Of a stretch of DNA of 64,000 nt, positions 1 to 10,347 are shown piece by piece; position 1 is the stretch's first letter, and every line of letters starts with the position of its first letter. The DNA comes from Christensenellales bacterium (GTDB lineage Bacteria; Bacillota; Clostridia; Christensenellales; MGBC116941), in NCBI GenBank assembly GCA_050945795.1, contig JBMNTP010000003.1, positions 9,231 to 73,230 on the forward strand, given 5' to 3'. The position numbers and the translations under genes were made by a program. The notes under the pieces are model-generated. The model made no database searches. It was not told the DNA's origin and saw only the letters and a program-made list of their open reading frames with translations.

Positions 1-192
1 TTGTTTCCTGCGGCTATGGATAAGCATATGCAGGAGGTCGGCTACATATCCGAGCTGTATATCGACGAGGACAGCGGCAGAGTTTGCGCACTCGAAATTG
101 CGGCCAGTACATTTGAGGATATAAGTTCCGGTCGCGCTACGGCCAGGCGCTTTAAAGCCGGAAAAGAAGGGACAAAGGCGGATTATGATTAA
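1..192 (+). CDS. 3' end of a PRC-barrel-like (YlmC/YmxH-type) protein, truncated by the window edge
   Basis: Frame is open from base 1 to the stop at 190-192. The segment GYISELYIDEDSGRVCALEI fits the PRC-barrel G..v.D..iD...G.i pattern. Family call is from pattern memory only. Confidence 0.35.
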   Translation: MFPAAMDKHMQEVGYISELYIDEDSGRVCALEIAASTFEDISSGRATARRFKAGKEGTKADYD

Positions 193-205
193 GTTGGGAG
201 GCAAT

Positions 206-382
206 ATGATTATGAAAAAATTGGTTACAGGGGTTGTGATAGGCTCCATGCTAGGCGCGGCGGCCGGAGTTTACGCCAGCGCAATGATGTGTCCCGAGGA
301 GATGGGCAAAAAAGCAAAGAAAATGTTCAGGACAGGCAAACGCTCCATGCGGAAATACGCACGCGGTATAGGTATCATCTAA
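206..382 (+). CDS. small membrane protein, YtxH-like (hypothetical)
   Basis: GGAGG at 196-200 followed by ATG at 206. Has an N-terminal Gly/Ala-rich helix (VTGVVIGSMLGAAAGVYA) and a basic tail. The ORF-track start at 185 lacks an RBS. Confidence 0.4.
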   Translation: MIMKKLVTGVVIGSMLGAAAGVYASAMMCPEEMGKKAKKMFRTGKRSMRKYARGIGII

Positions 383-387
383 TCGAC

Positions 388-1371
388 ATGAAACGCACGC
401 TATTTGCCCGGTTCTTCGCGGCCGGGCTGATTCTGCTTTCGTGCGCTGCGGTTTATTTCGCCTGGGAGGCGTTTGTGCCGGTTATCGTGGCGGCGATAGC
501 GGTATGGATTATAACGCCGCTGCAAGAAAAGCTCGAAAGGCGGCTAAAACCCGGCATCGCGGCTATTGTGTGCGTAATGACGCTTATGGCCGCCGTTGTA
601 CTCATCGCTTTTATATTTATATCGCCGGTTATAAAAACGGTTGAGCAGATGAAAGATTTGCCGGCGGCGGTATCGCGCGCTATCGCAGCATTGCGGCAAA
701 CCGGAATAAGTATACCTTTTGATATTGAAGCGCAGGCGGTGCGGTATGCCGGAGGCGTAGACATAGGATTTGCGGAGGCGGGGTCGCTGCTGTCGATTAC
801 TATTGCCCCGCTTTATTTCTATTTTTTTATAAGGGACAGAAAGAGAATCGCGTCGGGGATAATGTATTTAATACCGACAAAATACCGAGACGGCTTTAAA
901 AGATGGCGGAGCATTTGTTCGTATGATATCAGCCGGTTTATGCACGGGCAGCTTATAACAGGCGTTATAACGGCGATACCGGCTTTTTTGATATATCTTT
1001 TAATAGGACTTGAAAACGCCTTTTCGCTGGGCGTTATAATGGGAATATCGGCTCTGGTGCCATTTCTTGGCCCTATAGCCGGGGCTGTTCCGGCGCTTGC
1101 CGCTGCGCTGCCTTCTAGCGGTCTAACGATTATTATGACGGTGGTGGCGGTTATAGTTATACAGCAGGCGGTAGGTGGCCTTATAGCACCTAAAATGCTC
1201 GGGGATAGCGCGCGAGTAAGTCCGGCGTGGGGGGTATTAGCAGTTATGGTGGGCGTTTCGCTGTTTGGCTTGCTTGGGCTTATAGCCGCGATACCCGTGC
1301 TCATAGCGGTTAAGGCGGCGTTTAAAGTTATAGTTAAAAATAATTTAGCACATAATGTCCACAATGTTTGA
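388..1371 (+). CDS. AI-2E family transporter (PerM/UPF0118-type permease)
   Basis: Polytopic membrane protein with the Gly/Pro-rich C-terminal helices typical of the family (VPFLGPIAGAVPALAAA). ATG at 388 lies just after the upstream stop. The track start at 289 overlaps the previous gene and is rejected. Confidence 0.75.
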   Translation: MKRTLFARFFAAGLILLSCAAVYFAWEAFVPVIVAAIAVWIITPLQEKLERRLKPGIAAIVCVMTLMAAVVLIAFIFISPVIKTVEQMKDLPAAVSRAIAALRQTGISIPFDIEAQAVRYAGGVDIGFAEAGSLLSITIAPLYFYFFIRDRKRIASGIMYLIPTKYRDGFKRWRSICSYDISRFMHGQLITGVITAIPAFLIYLLIGLENAFSLGVIMGISALVPFLGPIAGAVPALAAALPSSGLTIIMTVVAVIVIQQAVGGLIAPKMLGDSARVSPAWGVLAVMVGVSLFGLLGLIAAIPVLIAVKAAFKVIVKNNLAHNVHNV

Positions 1372-1452
1372 ATTGATATGGAAAATAATATATAATCGTA
1401 TACAATCATATACGTCATCAATACAGGCCGATGCCGGCGAGGAGTGATTATA

Positions 1453-1719
1453 GTGCGCGGATTCGACGATACAGTTCAATTTTCCTTTGGCAAGGAGCAA
1501 AAAAACCTGGCAAATGAAATCATAATGCAGGTTTATGCCGCTATGAAGGAAAAAGGCTACGACCCTATAAGCCAGATGGTGGGTTATATTCTTTCCGGTG
1601 ACCCGACATATATCACCAGCCACAACAACGCCCGCTACCTGATTCGTAGGCTTGAGCGTGACGAGCTGCTTGAGGAGATTGTGCGTTTCTATATAAAAGA
1701 GAACGAGGAACTGCAATAG
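1453..1719 (+). CDS. ireB: IreB family regulatory phosphoprotein (UPF0297, YrzL-like)
   Basis: Core [41 protein letters not shown] closely matches YrzL/IreB. GAGGAG at 1439-1444 favours the GTG at 1453 over the track GTG at 1444. Sits directly upstream of ruvX, as in Bacillus. Confidence 0.8.
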   Translation: MRGFDDTVQFSFGKEQKNLANEIIMQVYAAMKEKGYDPISQMVGYILSGDPTYITSHNNARYLIRRLERDELLEEIVRFYIKENEELQ

Positions 1720-1824
1720 TTAGCGCGAAAAACGCGTGTTTGACGAATTGTCTATTATGCCGTGCCTAAAAGGCATGGCTTTTTTACAACTGCTGCCGTG
1801 AACACGGGGCGGGACGGAGGATGG

Positions 1825-2238
1825 ATGAAAAGAATTCTTGCGCTTGATGTTGGGGATAAAAGGATTGGCATAGCGGTAAGCGACGGGCTTGGCATAACGG
1901 CTCAGAGCGTTGAAAGCTATACCAGGGTGAATGAGGATAATGCCGACGCCGAGTATATATTAAAGCTTTTTAAAAGCTATGACGCCGGCACCCTCCTTAT
2001 AGGCATGCCGAGGAATATGAACGGCACATACGGCCCTATGGCGGACAAGGTAAGGGTATTTGGCGATATTATGGAGGGGCTCGGATGTAATGTCGTTTAC
2101 TGGGACGAGCGGCTTTCAACTGTGCAAGCAGAAAGGATACTCATAGAAGCCGATATGAGCCGAAAGAAAAGGCGCAAGGTTATAGATAAGATCGCTGCCG
2201 CAACAATTCTCCAGTCTTATCTCGACGCGAAGAGCTAA
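1825..2238 (+). CDS. ruvX: Holliday junction resolvase-like pre-16S rRNA nuclease RuvX (YqgF)
   Basis: MKRILALDVGDKRIGIAVSD N-terminus and DERLST motif. Internal ATG at 1825 chosen; the track start at 1762 adds a non-conserved extension. Confidence 0.88.
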   Translation: MKRILALDVGDKRIGIAVSDGLGITAQSVESYTRVNEDNADAEYILKLFKSYDAGTLLIGMPRNMNGTYGPMADKVRVFGDIMEGLGCNVVYWDERLSTVQAERILIEADMSRKKRRKVIDKIAAATILQSYLDAKS

Positions 2239-2264
2239 TTTAAGGGAGGCTGGCAAAAATCGCT

Positions 2265-2294
2265 TGCCAGTTGCCTTTAAGATATGGTATAATT
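2265..2294 (+). promoter_or_regulatory. sigma-A type promoter of rpsB-tsf
   Basis: TTGCCA (2265-2270), 18-nt spacer, then extended -10 TGgTATAAT (2286-2294), about 100 nt upstream of the rpsB ATG. Confidence 0.5.
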
Positions 2295-2395
2295 CTCAAG
2301 GTTAAAATTACACACCTCTGTTTAAGCTGCGAATGTGCCGAAAGGTGGACGCGGACAAAAAAGGCAGAGGGAGGCAAAACATAGGAGGTATAAAT

Positions 2396-3136
2396 ATGTC
2401 TGTAATTTCCATGAAACAACTGCTCGAAGCCGGTGTGCATTTCGGACATCAAACCCGCCGCTGGAACCCCAAGATGAAAGAATACATCTTTACGGAACGC
2501 AACGGCATCTACATAATCGATCTTCAAAAGACGGTTAGAAAAGCCGAGGAGGCGTATTATTTTGTGCGTGATCTGGCAATGAATAATAAATCGCTGCTGT
2601 TCGTAGGCACAAAGAAGCAGGCGCAAGAATCGATAGAGCAAGAAGCGAAGCGCTGCGGAATGCCTTATGTTAACCATCGCTGGCTTGGCGGTATGCTGAC
2701 GAACTTTAAAACTATTCGCCAGAGGATAAACCGCATAAACCGCATTGAGCAGATGGAGAAAACCGGCGAGATATCGCTGTTGCCTAAAAAAGAAGTTTTA
2801 AACCTTATGCGTGAAAAAGAAAAGCTGCTGCACAATCTTGGCGGAATTCGCGAGATGGGCGGAATGCCTGGCGCACTTTTCATAGTTGATCCGCGCAAGG
2901 AAAGAATAGCTATCGCTGAAGCGAGAGCGCTCAAAATTCCCATAGTCGCCATAGTCGATACAAACTGCGATCCCGACGAGGCCGATTATGTAATCCCCGG
3001 AAACGACGATGCTATAAGAGCTATTAAGCTTTTGTCATCGAAGATGGCGGATGCCGTTTTAGAAGGCAAGCAGGGAGAGCAGCTCACAGACGATACAGAA
3101 GCTCCCACGGCAGAAAACGTTGCCGTTGCCGAATAA
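2396..3136 (+). CDS. rpsB: 30S ribosomal protein S2
   Basis: [27 protein letters not shown] signature. AGGAGG lies 7 nt upstream of the ATG at 2396. Confidence 0.97.
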   Translation: MSVISMKQLLEAGVHFGHQTRRWNPKMKEYIFTERNGIYIIDLQKTVRKAEEAYYFVRDLAMNNKSLLFVGTKKQAQESIEQEAKRCGMPYVNHRWLGGMLTNFKTIRQRINRINRIEQMEKTGEISLLPKKEVLNLMREKEKLLHNLGGIREMGGMPGALFIVDPRKERIAIAEARALKIPIVAIVDTNCDPDEADYVIPGNDDAIRAIKLLSSKMADAVLEGKQGEQLTDDTEAPTAENVAVAE

Positions 3137-3143
3137 GCAATAG

Positions 3144-3169
3144 AAGGGGAGTATATTCTCCCCTTTTTT
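3144..3169 (+). terminator. intrinsic terminator/attenuator after rpsB
   Basis: GGGGAG-tatatt-CTCCCC hairpin followed by TTTTTT. Confidence 0.7.
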
Positions 3170-3207
3170 ACGCGTACGAACAATATTTCATTTGGAGGAA
3201 GTAGTAA

Positions 3208-3858
3208 ATGATTACTGCACAACATGTTAAAGAGTTAAGGGAATGCACAGGAGTCGGCATGATGGACTGCAAAAAGGCCCTTATAGAGACCGAAGGCAAT
3301 ATGGAAAAGGCTATAGAGCTTCTTCGTGAAAAGGGGCTTGCCAATGCCGAGAAGAAATCCGGCCGCATAGCCGCTGAAGGTATAGTCGACAGCTATATAC
3401 ATATGAACGGTCGCATAGGCGTTATGGTTGAGGTTAACTGCGAAACCGATTTTGTCGCTAAGACCGCCGAATTCAAGGCTTTTGTTCATGACATCGCCAT
3501 GCACATAGCCGCCACAAACCCGCTTTGCATAAGGCGCGAGGAAGTGGACAGCGCAAACATTGAGAAGGAAAGAGAGATTCTTAAGGCGCAGGCGCTGGCA
3601 GAGGGTAAACCGGAAAAGATTGTTGACAAGATTGTTGAAGGTAGAATTGAAAAGTATTACAAAGAGCACTGCCTGCTTGAGCAACCTTTTGTTAAGGACA
3701 CCGACAAGACGATACAGGAAATCGTTCATGAGCAGATATCAAAGATAGGCGAGAATGTTTCGATACGCCGCTTTGTTCGTTATGAAATGGGCGAAGGCCT
3801 CCAGAAACGCGAGGATAATTTTGCCGATGAAGTTATGAGCCAGGCAGGCCAGGCCTGA
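3208..3858 (+). CDS. tsf: translation elongation factor Ts
   Basis: [27 protein letters not shown]-like N-terminus and [11 protein letters not shown] motif. Confidence 0.97.
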   Translation: MITAQHVKELRECTGVGMMDCKKALIETEGNMEKAIELLREKGLANAEKKSGRIAAEGIVDSYIHMNGRIGVMVEVNCETDFVAKTAEFKAFVHDIAMHIAATNPLCIRREEVDSANIEKEREILKAQALAEGKPEKIVDKIVEGRIEKYYKEHCLLEQPFVKDTDKTIQEIVHEQISKIGENVSIRRFVRYEMGEGLQKREDNFADEVMSQAGQA

Positions 3859-3868
3859 AAATGACCCC

Positions 3869-3898
3869 AAAAGGACACTTATATAAGTGTCCTTTTTT
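3869..3898 (+). terminator. intrinsic terminator after tsf
   Basis: AGGACACTTAT/ATAAGTGTCCT hairpin followed by TTTTTT. Confidence 0.8.
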
Positions 3899-3929
3899 AC
3901 AATAATTTTTTATTCAGGAGATAAATAGA

Positions 3930-4634
3930 ATGGGGCTAAAATATAAAAGAGTGATACTCAAGCTCAGCGGAGAGGCGCTGTCCGGGCCTAACGGTACCGG
4001 CATAGACCAGGCCATACTTGCCGGAGTGGCGGCGCAGATTCAGGAGGTGGCGTCGCTTGGCGCAGAGGTAGGTATAATTGTAGGCGGCGGTAATTTTTGG
4101 CGCGGTAGGGCTAGTGTAGGCATGGACAGGAGTACTGCCGACCATATGGGCATGTTAGCGACGGTTATAAACTCCTTAGCGCTGCAGGACGCGCTTGAGA
4201 ACAGAGGCCTGCCTACAAGGGTGCAGACGGCGATAGAAATGCGGCAGATAGCCGAGCCGTATATAAGGCGAAGGGCGATGCGGCATCTTGAAAAGGGCAG
4301 GGTTGTTATATTTGCCTGCGGTACCGGCAATCCTTTCTTTAGTACCGATACGGCTGCGGCGTTAAGGGCGGCAGAGATTGAGGCCGAGATGATACTTTTA
4401 GCGAAGAATGTCGACGGTATATATGATAGCGACCCGAAAACAAACGCAGATGCCAGAAAATTTGATACGATAGGGTATATGGAGGTTATAAGCCGCGGGC
4501 TTAGCGCCATGGATACAACAGCCATAACGCTGTGCATGGAAAACAGCATACCGATAATAGCTTTTGGGCTGGGCGAGAAGGATGGCATAAGAAAGGCGAT
4601 TTGCGGAGATAAAATAGGAACGTATATTGGTTGA
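3930..4634 (+). CDS. pyrH: UMP kinase
   Basis: [13 protein letters not shown] and [10 protein letters not shown] motifs. Conserved position between tsf and frr. Confidence 0.96.
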   Translation: MGLKYKRVILKLSGEALSGPNGTGIDQAILAGVAAQIQEVASLGAEVGIIVGGGNFWRGRASVGMDRSTADHMGMLATVINSLALQDALENRGLPTRVQTAIEMRQIAEPYIRRRAMRHLEKGRVVIFACGTGNPFFSTDTAAALRAAEIEAEMILLAKNVDGIYDSDPKTNADARKFDTIGYMEVISRGLSAMDTTAITLCMENSIPIIAFGLGEKDGIRKAICGDKIGTYIG

Positions 4635-4697
4635 AGATGGAATGGTATTGTGAAAATCGTGTTAATCTATTAGAATAGTACAAAAGGGGGTATCGAC

Positions 4698-5255
4698 ATG
4701 TCAAAAGATATAGTGGATTTATCAAGGGAAAAAATGAGTAAAACCATAAGCGTATTTAAGAAGGAATTGTCATCCCTAAGGGCGGGCAGGGCTAATCCTC
4801 AGCTACTAGACCGCATACTTGTTAATTATTACGGTACGCCGACGCCTATTAATCAGGTCGGCAACATATCCTCGCCGGAACCGAAGATGCTGCTTATATC
4901 GGTGTGGGACACGTCTATGCTTACGGAAGTCGAAAAGGCGATACAAAAATCCGATCTTGGTATAAACCCGTCGAATGACGGCAAATCAATACGCCTTGTT
5001 TTCCCCGATCTTACCGAGGAGCGCAGAAAAGACCTGGTTAAGCAGGTTAAGAAAAAGGCGGAGGAAGCCAAGGTGGCGGTGCGTTCAATAAGGCGGGACG
5101 CTAACGAGGAGCTTAAAAAAGAGGAAAAAGATTCGATTATAACAGAGGATGATCTCAGGAAGGAAACCGAAAGGGTGCAAAAACTTACTGATGAGCATAT
5201 AAAAGAGATCGATGATATCGCGGCTGAAAAAGAAAAGGAGATACTGTCAGTATAA
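4698..5255 (+). CDS. frr: ribosome recycling factor
   Basis: [30 protein letters not shown] signature, 185 aa. Confidence 0.96.
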   Translation: MSKDIVDLSREKMSKTISVFKKELSSLRAGRANPQLLDRILVNYYGTPTPINQVGNISSPEPKMLLISVWDTSMLTEVEKAIQKSDLGINPSNDGKSIRLVFPDLTEERRKDLVKQVKKKAEEAKVAVRSIRRDANEELKKEEKDSIITEDDLRKETERVQKLTDEHIKEIDDIAAEKEKEILSV

Positions 5256-5455
5256 TGGTTAGCGTTTTGGGTTTGGATATTGAAGAAGCGCTGAAAGAAC
5301 TGGGGCAATGTGGATATAATGATATTAGCATAGTCCCATATTCGACGGATCGCCTTCCGTCAGTGGATAGTCGCAGGGTTATAAAGCAAATGCGTCACGG
5401 GAAAACCGTATGCTTAATTGTAAGTGACTTTTTAACGACGTGCAAAACCGAGTAA
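5255..5455 (+). CDS. hypothetical 66-aa protein translationally coupled to frr
   Basis: Its ATG overlaps the frr stop (TAATG), with AAGGAG 12 nt upstream. The LGLDIEEALKELGQCGY...RRVIKQ...GKTVCLIVS pattern is vaguely PASTA-like. No family recognised. Confidence 0.4.
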   Translation: MVSVLGLDIEEALKELGQCGYNDISIVPYSTDRLPSVDSRRVIKQMRHGKTVCLIVSDFLTTCKTE

Positions 5456-5506
5456 AAGGCTTCCCCCAAGGCGAAAGTCTTGGGGTGTGGTTTGTAGGAG
5501 GCTTTA

Positions 5507-6259
5507 TTGGCTATATTCGGCAAAAAGGGAAAAAAGGCGCTGGATGCTGCCTTAGCCGCGGCGCCGGAGCGGCTGCCAAAGCATGTGGCGATTATAATGG
5601 ATGGCAACGGGCGGTGGGCTGAGAGCAGAGGGCTGCCGCGTCCGTTTGGGCATCGTGCCGGCGTTGAGGCGCTAAGAACCATTATACGCCTTAGCTCCGA
5701 CCTTGGCATAACCGCTCTTACGCTTTACGCTTTTTCAACAGAAAACTGGCAGCGGCCGGAAGGTGAAGTAGGAGCGCTTATGGCTTTGCTTGTCGAATTT
5801 CTTGAAAAGGAAATCGACGAGCTGCACGAAAACGGCGTTAATATCCGGATATTGGGGGAACCTGGAAGATTTCCTCAAAATGTTCTTAAAGCTATAACTC
5901 GCAGCGTAGAAATAACTAGAGAGAATAAAGGGCTTATAGTTAACATAGCGCTTAATTACGGGGGCAGGGCCGAGATAACCAAGGCGGCGGCGCTGCTTTT
6001 AGAAGATATACAAAACGGAAAGGCCGAGAATGTCAGCGAAGAAGCCATAAACGACAGGCTTTATACCGCCGGCATACCCGAGCCCGATTTGCTTATTCGC
6101 CCGGGCGGAGAGTTTAGGATAAGCAATTTTATGCTGTGGCAGCTTGCTTACTGTGAGCTATATTTTACAGATACTCTTTGGCCGGATTTTGGGGCTAAGG
6201 AGTATATAGACGCATTGAAGGAGTATGCGTCTCGTCAGAGGAGATTTGGCGGGGTGTAA
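5507..6259 (+). CDS. uppS: isoprenyl transferase (undecaprenyl diphosphate synthase)
   Basis: HVAIIMDGNGRWA and FSTENWQRP motifs. TTG start, with AGGAGG 6 nt upstream. Confidence 0.95.
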   Translation: MAIFGKKGKKALDAALAAAPERLPKHVAIIMDGNGRWAESRGLPRPFGHRAGVEALRTIIRLSSDLGITALTLYAFSTENWQRPEGEVGALMALLVEFLEKEIDELHENGVNIRILGEPGRFPQNVLKAITRSVEITRENKGLIVNIALNYGGRAEITKAAALLLEDIQNGKAENVSEEAINDRLYTAGIPEPDLLIRPGGEFRISNFMLWQLAYCELYFTDTLWPDFGAKEYIDALKEYASRQRRFGGV

Positions 6260-6269
6260 GGGGGTATAG

Positions 6270-7085
6270 ATGCTTAAACGCGTCGTTACTAGCATAATAG
6301 CCGCGGCGGCGGTTGTTACGGCGCTTGTGGCGGGGACATTGGTGATAAGATTGCTTATTGCCGCGGTTGCCGTTATAGCGTGCCATGAGATGTTTGATTC
6401 GTTGACGAGGGCTGGGCTAAAGCCGTTTCGCTGGCCCGGCTTCATGTTTTCGGCGCTGATGCTGCCGGCTTTGCATTGGGCCGGCGTCGGCGGCTTGCTT
6501 ATGCTGCTGGCGTTATGCGTTGTAGCGCTTATGAGCCGTTTGGTAGCTAAGTTTGATATGGAGCTAAAGGATGTTTTCGCTTCGGCTTTTGTTATGCTGT
6601 ATCCCGGGCTGTTACTGTCAATGCTTATGGATATGACATACTTACCGCAGCCTCGCGGCATGGCGGGAATATTGCTGGTGCTGTGCGCGGCTATTTTTAC
6701 CGATTCATTCGCTTATTTTATAGGTGTTTTATTTGGCAAGAAAAAGCTTTGCCCAAAAATAAGTCCTAAAAAAACAATAGCCGGCGCGATAGGCGGCCTT
6801 TTTGGCGGAGGAGCTGCTGCGGCGGTGCTGTCTATGCTAACGCCGATGCTGTTCGGCATTAAAACTTCTATGCCGGCTTTTTTGGCGATAGGGCTTATAT
6901 GCGCCGTTGTGTCGCAGTTTGGAGATCTTGCCGCTTCGTGTATCAAAAGGATGTGCGGGGTGAAGGATTTTGGCAAGATTATGCCGGGTCACGGCGGCAT
7001 TATGGACCGGCTAGACAGCATATTATTTTGTGCCCCAATAGTGTATACTGTATTTATATTGGCGGGGCGTTTTATATTTATTTGA
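6270..7085 (+). CDS. cdsA: phosphatidate cytidylyltransferase
   Basis: Polytopic membrane protein with the C-terminal SCIKRMCGVKDFGKIMPGHGGIMDRLDS signature. Confidence 0.93.
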   Translation: MLKRVVTSIIAAAAVVTALVAGTLVIRLLIAAVAVIACHEMFDSLTRAGLKPFRWPGFMFSALMLPALHWAGVGGLLMLLALCVVALMSRLVAKFDMELKDVFASAFVMLYPGLLLSMLMDMTYLPQPRGMAGILLVLCAAIFTDSFAYFIGVLFGKKKLCPKISPKKTIAGAIGGLFGGGAAAAVLSMLTPMLFGIKTSMPAFLAIGLICAVVSQFGDLAASCIKRMCGVKDFGKIMPGHGGIMDRLDSILFCAPIVYTVFILAGRFIFI

Positions 7086-7098
7086 CGGGAGAACACGC

Positions 7099-8235
7099 TT
7101 GATAAATGTAGCTATAATTGGCTCTACCGGCTCTATTGGCCGGCAGGCATTGGATATAATTAGAATGTACAGGGACGAGTTCAGCGTATTTTCGCTGGCG
7201 GCGGGGCGAAACGCCGCGCTGCTCGCTGAACAGATACAAGAATTTAAGCCTAGGTTTGCGGCTATATGCGATGAAGAGGCGGCGGGCATTAACGTCCCTG
7301 CCGGAGTAACGCTTATTTCAGGGTGCGACGCACTTGAAAGCGACTGCCTTTATGACGGGGCAGACGTGTCGCTAATAAGTGTTATAGGCATGGTAGGGTT
7401 AAAACCTTTGATAAAGGCGCTGTCGCTTAGCAAAAGGGTAGCGCTTGCTAACAAAGAATCGCTTATATGCGGCGGTGAGATGGTTAAAGCCGCTTCTAAA
7501 AAATACGGTTGCGACATTTTTCCGGTGGACAGCGAGCATTCCGCCATATTTCAGTGCCTTCAAGGCACCCGGGAAGGTGAGCTGAGCAAAATATTGCTTA
7601 CCGGCTCTGGAGGACCTTTTCGAGAATACACGCTGGAGCGGCTGCATAATGACGTTACTGTTGAGGCGGCGCTCAAACATCCGTGTTGGAGCATGGGCAG
7701 GAAAATAACAATAGATTCGGCTACGCTTATGAATAAAGGGCTTGAGGTAATAGAGGCTAGCCATCTTTTCAACATACACCATAGCCGGATTGAGGTTGTA
7801 ACGCATCCGCAGGGCATAATACACAGTATGATAGAGCTAAAAGACGGCGCGGTACTGGCGCAGCTTGGCATACCCGATATGCGCATACCCATACAATACG
7901 CGCTTTTTGAAGGCAAAAGGCGACCTTCCGGCATATCGGCGCCGGACTTCGCTTCGCTTAAGAAAATAACATTTGAGGCGCCGGACACAAACAGGTTCCC
8001 CTGCCTGGCGCTGGCGTATGAGGCGCTGGAGCTTGGAGAATTGGCACCCACAGCTCTTAACGCCGCTAATGAGGTAGCGGTAGAGTTATTCCTTGAAGGC
8101 GGGCTGCCCTTTATGCGTATACCCGTTTTGGTGGAAAAGTGCATGAAAAAGTTCCGGTATGGGGAAGTGAATATGGAAAGCATATTCTTGACATACGAAA
8201 AATGCAGGGAATATATATTTAAAGAATTAGTTTGA
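7099..8235 (+). CDS. dxr: 1-deoxy-D-xylulose 5-phosphate reductoisomerase
   Basis: IIGSTGSIGRQALD NADPH-binding motif, LANKESL and PVDSEHSAIFQCL motifs. TTG start. Confidence 0.95.
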   Translation: MINVAIIGSTGSIGRQALDIIRMYRDEFSVFSLAAGRNAALLAEQIQEFKPRFAAICDEEAAGINVPAGVTLISGCDALESDCLYDGADVSLISVIGMVGLKPLIKALSLSKRVALANKESLICGGEMVKAASKKYGCDIFPVDSEHSAIFQCLQGTREGELSKILLTGSGGPFREYTLERLHNDVTVEAALKHPCWSMGRKITIDSATLMNKGLEVIEASHLFNIHHSRIEVVTHPQGIIHSMIELKDGAVLAQLGIPDMRIPIQYALFEGKRRPSGISAPDFASLKKITFEAPDTNRFPCLALAYEALELGELAPTALNAANEVAVELFLEGGLPFMRIPVLVEKCMKKFRYGEVNMESIFLTYEKCREYIFKELV

Positions 8236-8254
8236 TTATGAAAAGGTGTAATAT

Positions 8255-9274
8255 ATGGCGGCAGTTTTATCTGTAGGTTTTTCTATATTAGCGGCTGTAC
8301 TGGTGCTCGGAATAATAATAATGATTCATGAGCTCGGACATTTCCTTATGGGCCGCGCGATGGGCATTGGCGTAGTTGAGTTTGGCATTGGCTTTGGGCC
8401 AAAGCTTATAGCATGGGAGCGTAAAGGCACGAAGTACTCTATAAGGGCGCTGCCTATAGGCGGTTTTACACAGTTTTTGGGCGAAGACGAGGATAACAGG
8501 GATCCCGCGGCAATGAACAACCAGCCGGTGAGAAAGCGCATGCTTACCATACTCGCCGGTCCGATTTTAAACATACTTACCGCGATTATATTATCCGCCG
8601 CTATTTTGTTTTCCTACGGCGAATACAATACCGTAATAACTCCGACCTCGGATACGAGCATGGCTGTTGAGGCGGGCATGTCGGAGGGCGACAGGATTAT
8701 ATCCGTAGACGGGAAAAGGGTAATATTTTCTGATGAAGCTCGTGCGGCGCTTATGGCATCGAGGGATGACGGATATGCCGATGTGGTGTTTGAAAGGGAA
8801 GGCAGAGAATATCAGGCGCGGGTCGGATATCAAGACGGCCTTATAGGCATTACCATGCAGACAAAGCAGACTTACGGCTTGTTTGAATCGATAGGGCTAT
8901 CGTTTAGATGGGTATATAATCGTGTTGCCGAGATGGTATCTTTTCTAACCGGATTATTCGCAGGTACGCAGAGCACAGAAGATGTAGGCGGCGTTGTGGC
9001 GATCGTCGATATACTAGGGCAGGCGGCGAGGTACAGCTTTGAAAGCGTATTGATTATGGCGGCGATTATAAGCATAAACCTCGGTATAATGAATCTGTTG
9101 CCGCTGCCGGCGCTTGACGGAGGACGGATAGTTTTTCTAATAGTAGAAGCGATACGCAAAAAGCCCATACACCGCGAAAGGGAAGGCATGGTGCATTTTA
9201 TAGGCATAATACTGCTTCTTGGGCTTATGGTGCTTATAACTTATAATGACATAGCGCGGCTGATAGGGGGCTGA
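8255..9274 (+). CDS. rseP: RIP (site-2) zinc metalloprotease RseP/RasP
   Basis: HELGH zinc motif in TM1, a central PDZ-like segment, and the NLLPLPALDGG motif. Confidence 0.93.
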   Translation: MAAVLSVGFSILAAVLVLGIIIMIHELGHFLMGRAMGIGVVEFGIGFGPKLIAWERKGTKYSIRALPIGGFTQFLGEDEDNRDPAAMNNQPVRKRMLTILAGPILNILTAIILSAAILFSYGEYNTVITPTSDTSMAVEAGMSEGDRIISVDGKRVIFSDEARAALMASRDDGYADVVFEREGREYQARVGYQDGLIGITMQTKQTYGLFESIGLSFRWVYNRVAEMVSFLTGLFAGTQSTEDVGGVVAIVDILGQAARYSFESVLIMAAIISINLGIMNLLPLPALDGGRIVFLIVEAIRKKPIHREREGMVHFIGIILLLGLMVLITYNDIARLIGG

Positions 9275-9278
9275 CGCT

Positions 9279-10343
9279 ATGCGTAAAAACACGAGGCAGG
9301 TTATCGCCGGAGGCGTTAAGATAGGCGGCATGAGCCGCATATCGGTGCAGTCCATGACAAACACCGATACAAGGGACGCGGCGGCAACCGGCGATCAGGC
9401 GGCGGCGCTCCATCAAGCGGGATGCGATATTGTAAGGGTATCGGTATACGATATGGAGTGCGCAAAGGCGATACCTGAGATTAAAAAATACTGCTCCGCG
9501 GCTTTGGTAGCCGATGTGCATTTTGACTACCGGCTGGCTATGGCGAGTATAGCGGCGGGCGCGGATAAGCTTAGGATTAACCCCGGAAACATAGGCGGGG
9601 CGGGTAAGGTTTTTGAGATTGCCGCCGCAGCTAAAGAGCGCGGCATACCTATACGTGTAGGCGCTAACGCCGGTTCGTTGCCGCGCCACATTATGGACAA
9701 ATACGGCGGGCTATGTGCTGAGGCTGTTGTAGAAAGTGCGCTTGAGCATGTTATAATGTTGGAGAAGGCGGGCTTTTACGACATAGTTATATCAGTTAAG
9801 GCATCTGACGTTAGGCTGTCGCTTGACGCGTACCGGCTGCTATCTTGTAAAATAGACTATCCGCTGCATCTTGGCATAACCGAAGCGGGTACCGGCTCTT
9901 ACGCGCTTATAAAAAGCGCGGCGGGTATAGGCGCTATGCTTTTAGACGGCATAGGCGACACGCTTAGAGTTTCGTTAACCGGAGATCCGGTAAAAGAGGC
10001 GGAGGCCGGACTTTCTATACTGCGGGCGTGCGGCATTGAGAAAAGCGGTGTTGAAGTTATAAGCTGTCCGACGTGCGGACGCTGCTCGATTTCGCTTGAA
10101 CCTATCGCTAACGCTATTCAAAAAGAATTCGCGAACGAGAAGCGACATATAAAAGTGGCGGTAATGGGCTGTGTAGTAAACGGGCCGGGAGAGGCGCGGG
10201 AAGCTGATATAGGCATCGCCGGAGGAGAGAACTGCGCTATGCTGTTTAAAAGGGGCGGCGTTGTTCGCAAGATTGACGAGGAGCGGCTTTTAGAAGAGCT
10301 GATTTTGGAGATTAGAATGTTGCTGGATTCCCGGGAGGATTGA
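9279..10343 (+). CDS. ispG: 4-hydroxy-3-methylbut-2-en-1-yl diphosphate synthase (flavodoxin)
   Basis: RVSVYD..., RINPGNIG and CPTCGRC...MGCVVNGPGE Fe-S cluster motifs. Confidence 0.95.
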   Translation: MRKNTRQVIAGGVKIGGMSRISVQSMTNTDTRDAAATGDQAAALHQAGCDIVRVSVYDMECAKAIPEIKKYCSAALVADVHFDYRLAMASIAAGADKLRINPGNIGGAGKVFEIAAAAKERGIPIRVGANAGSLPRHIMDKYGGLCAEAVVESALEHVIMLEKAGFYDIVISVKASDVRLSLDAYRLLSCKIDYPLHLGITEAGTGSYALIKSAAGIGAMLLDGIGDTLRVSLTGDPVKEAEAGLSILRACGIEKSGVEVISCPTCGRCSISLEPIANAIQKEFANEKRHIKVAVMGCVVNGPGEAREADIGIAGGENCAMLFKRGGVVRKIDEERLLEELILEIRMLLDSRED

Positions 10344-10347
10344 AGGA

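Noticed and set aside
289-387. 5' extensions offered by the ORF track: AI-2E permease from 289, ruvX 1762, rpsB 2333, rimP 14694, nusA 15127, recA 33286, ctsR 40304, thiT 48490, GNAT 49903, argB 52947, adaptor 53988
   Set aside because: In each case the extension overlaps the upstream gene, a terminator, a promoter/operator or a riboswitch. An internal start with a good RBS also matches the conserved family N-terminus.
9279-10343. ispG in the position where Bacillus has proS (between rseP and polC), with proS relocated
   Set aside because: The dxr-rseP-ispG-polC order and a separate archaeal-type proS are, to my knowledge, the normal clostridial arrangement. This is a lineage feature rather than an anomaly.
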